Shown here one piece after another: positions 62,801 to 64,000 of a stretch of 64,000 bases of DNA. The DNA is from Candidatus Iainarchaeum sp. (GTDB taxonomy: Archaea > Iainarchaeota > Iainarchaeia > Iainarchaeales > DTGL01), in contig JAOAJX010000001.1 in assembly GCA_026413945.1 (NCBI GenBank), positions 128,001-192,000 on the forward strand, written 5' to 3'. Made by a program: the position numbers and the translations under genes. Under the pieces are notes generated by a model, which had not been told where the DNA came from, did no database searches, and saw only the letters and a list, made by a program, of their open reading frames with translations. Position 1 is the first letter of the stretch, and every line of letters starts with the position of its first letter.

Positions 62801-63882
62801 CCAAAATAAAAGAGGAGCTTAAAATTGCAAGGGAGCTTCTGCTTAATGATCTGTGCGATGAACTTTCGTACAAAATATCTGATGCTGAGAACGCAATTTT
62901 AGTTGCAGAGGAACTATCAAAGATTGATATCAACAATGCCATATTTCTCCTAGAAAAAACCTTATCTAACTTGCAGATAAAAACCATTTCTCCAGAGTCT
63001 GAGATGAGACTTAAAGCAAAAGAATGCGTAGATTCTTCCAATAAAACCTATGCATTGCTTAAGTATATCGGGATTGCGGATAGCAAAAGCTACGATTTTG
63101 TAAAAAAATCTAATGAAATCTACGAAAAGATAGTTACTGAGATTGCAAAGGGTAATTCAGCTCAGGCCGCGAAAGAATTGCGAGAGCTTAGTATTTTAAC
63201 AAAAGACCTTAATGATCATGCTTTATCAATGATAGATTCCGCCTTTGATTCACTAAAGGGACAACTTAATTCAATTCTTGAGATTTCGAAGAATTATGAG
63301 GTAAAAACAAAATTTCTTTTGCTGCAATTAGAATCTGTGCCGCAGGAGCTTCTTATCGAAGCCAGGTATATGCCGGAATTCAATCAGCTCAAAATCGCTA
63401 ATCTTGAAAAGATCTTATCGCAATCAAAGGATTTCATCTTTCAAGAATTGAAAGCATTAGTTGAAGCCGAGCAGAAAATTGACGCACTTAAACTTGCTAA
63501 TTCCAAAAAAATATACCAAAAAATAGCGACAATTCAACAAGCCTACTCTGAATTGATCGCTATAGAAGAAAACCTCAAAGAAAGCGCAGAAAAATACCTA
63601 CAAGAATTGAGGAATAAGGCCAGTAATGATAGTGCCAAAAATATTCTTTACGCTGCAGAATCAAACTTTAAGGATGGCAATTATCTTCAAGCCGTAGTAT
63701 ACTCCAAATTAGCTCTTGCAACATTGAGCAAAGAACAGACTCAACCATTAACATATCTTTCAATTTTTTTTGTATTTGCAATAGCGTCTTTTTACATTGT
63801 AAAAAACCTAAAAAAGAAAAAGGATAAGTGTAGACCAAAGCGGGTTTTGCGGAGCATATCTCTCGAAAACAAAGAATTTTAG
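59836..63882 (+). CDS. Large surface protein (lipobox-like N-terminus, coiled coils, central beta region, C-terminal TM)
   Basis: LFLSAC lipobox-like signal; C-terminal LSIFFVFAIASFYIV followed by KNLKKKK. Confidence 0.75.
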   Translation: MLRESKIHLFFIMLFLAGTLFLSACIDYENEALLEEYKQRCLNLTAYDAGYVPQCLSLEECFSMIEKELFDFSDSSLTLESRQILYYYKTHLSKSWYYYNESMHYLKKIRDACSEKNFELALDSANDFRYYIEKSFEESDLALEASFGFILYEKRKLEEQDINMIKEEPIYAFYIRLNDNERQILSKENLGFNNYASDARRLAEETANKRAFAGAKPEVIKKKTFRELFISTLGLPFEYYIYENQEKSAYLPIFAGLPNKYAEFVSNIETTERMLSFLSNERPDEFLKLLSKLVGKKSSLAGDFVKLAKEDSLKKASLLENLSMLEKSIEEKISSAKSKANFFTSNSFHYADENFLMNMQKLLNEPLTVSFDNQIFSSPADAALNSTAKINAIERGLIDNRSAWLSGRITIGLRTSNLKLLNTDIDNIIYSLDSMEKSINILVARCDYELSLQAETTELASLKEKYLLANKDEKLMYCSSFIELRARLKENAEKRKGNEKALYQSDCDEKLSVLIQFTKNDYLKSRYKIMLDSNNVLSDCNLLLIDVEEDIRTNYRIDDLEKKFEEASAYNEFLEKFLFERNKLFYEIKDYFGPKGLILEKSMPIIDSVKADLERLISGLLEKTKIFLQEQISKNCRIKALPLREVLLKSFEPTTTESSFFFYFENTLIHFEKPLNVSIKFDGQNCELLYKTPNIYNVNFSGISGKSIVIDFHNLPLGITSFEYQCTKEFGLKMVSRNIALNPDFGLISEKYIFFGDVNLPRARVSIVQISGATAKAIFREKEHAFFSQGYELQTVLFDLEPNDLLTINYSIDKPIESTLSLISESRIDANTIILTYLCTAKNKTAFDGTETFFYCPIPKGYAGIDLMDEKGKGVSFSKEPQAIKIILDKIPAYSERRFYIKLTIIDLTHFKNELTNEAKKILSEITDSKLKQEAQDLLDSLQDANRLSIEKLSEIYKSAFELKSKEEILKQKYQRYLFYKSAVETALSKIKEELKIARELLLNDLCDELSYKISDAENAILVAEELSKIDINNAIFLLEKTLSNLQIKTISPESEMRLKAKECVDSSNKTYALLKYIGIADSKSYDFVKKSNEIYEKIVTEIAKGNSAQAAKELRELSILTKDLNDHALSMIDSAFDSLKGQLNSILEISKNYEVKTKFLLLQLESVPQELLIEARYMPEFNQLKIANLEKILSQSKDFIFQELKALVEAEQKIDALKLANSKKIYQKIATIQQAYSELIAIEENLKESAEKYLQELRNKASNDSAKNILYAAESNFKDGNYLQAVVYSKLALATLSKEQTQPLTYLSIFFVFAIASFYIVKNLKKKKDKCRPKRVLRSISLENKEF

Positions 63883-64000
63883 CTCATTTATTTTTTTTAT
63901 TTTGTTTTTAAGTTATTCTGGCAGAGAGTTTAAATATAAGTAAACTCCAATTGCAACTGCAACTAAAATAAGGCCCACTATGGCAATGAGAACAATGTTG

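Overview
Archaeal chromosomal segment, most consistent with a DPANN lineage such as Diapherotrites/Iainarchaeota. This is an inference from archaeal RadA, TFE, aTrm56, Pus10, SRP RNA, an A1:U72 initiator tRNA and GGTGA Shine-Dalgarno motifs, mixed with many bacterial-type enzymes. Main blocks: (1) radA-tpiA-CBS/HPF fusion-SRP RNA-long RelA/SpoT homolog with a degenerate hydrolase domain-KaiC-like ATPase; (2) tRNA-Lys/tRNA-Pro(intron)/class II lysS/tRNA-Phe; (3) trm56-tfe-tRNA-iMet and an xerA locus where gene orientation converges and GC skew appears to flip, with Xer-arm-like repeats; (4) a glycogen and lower-glycolysis cluster; (5) bacterial-type coaD/coaE, recJ-like, prenyl synthase, pus10, ppdK, minD, tandem thyX; (6) a single cluster encoding the whole modified archaeal mevalonate pathway, interrupted by a frameshifted decapeptide-repeat gene; (7) a repeat-rich spacer holding a perfect dif-like palindrome; (8) M16 peptidase, GGR, truncated NFACT/RqcH, PRC-barrel, AMMECR1 and a large surface protein. 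No CRISPR array, rRNA or transposase was seen. All calls are from motif reading by eye; no searches were run.
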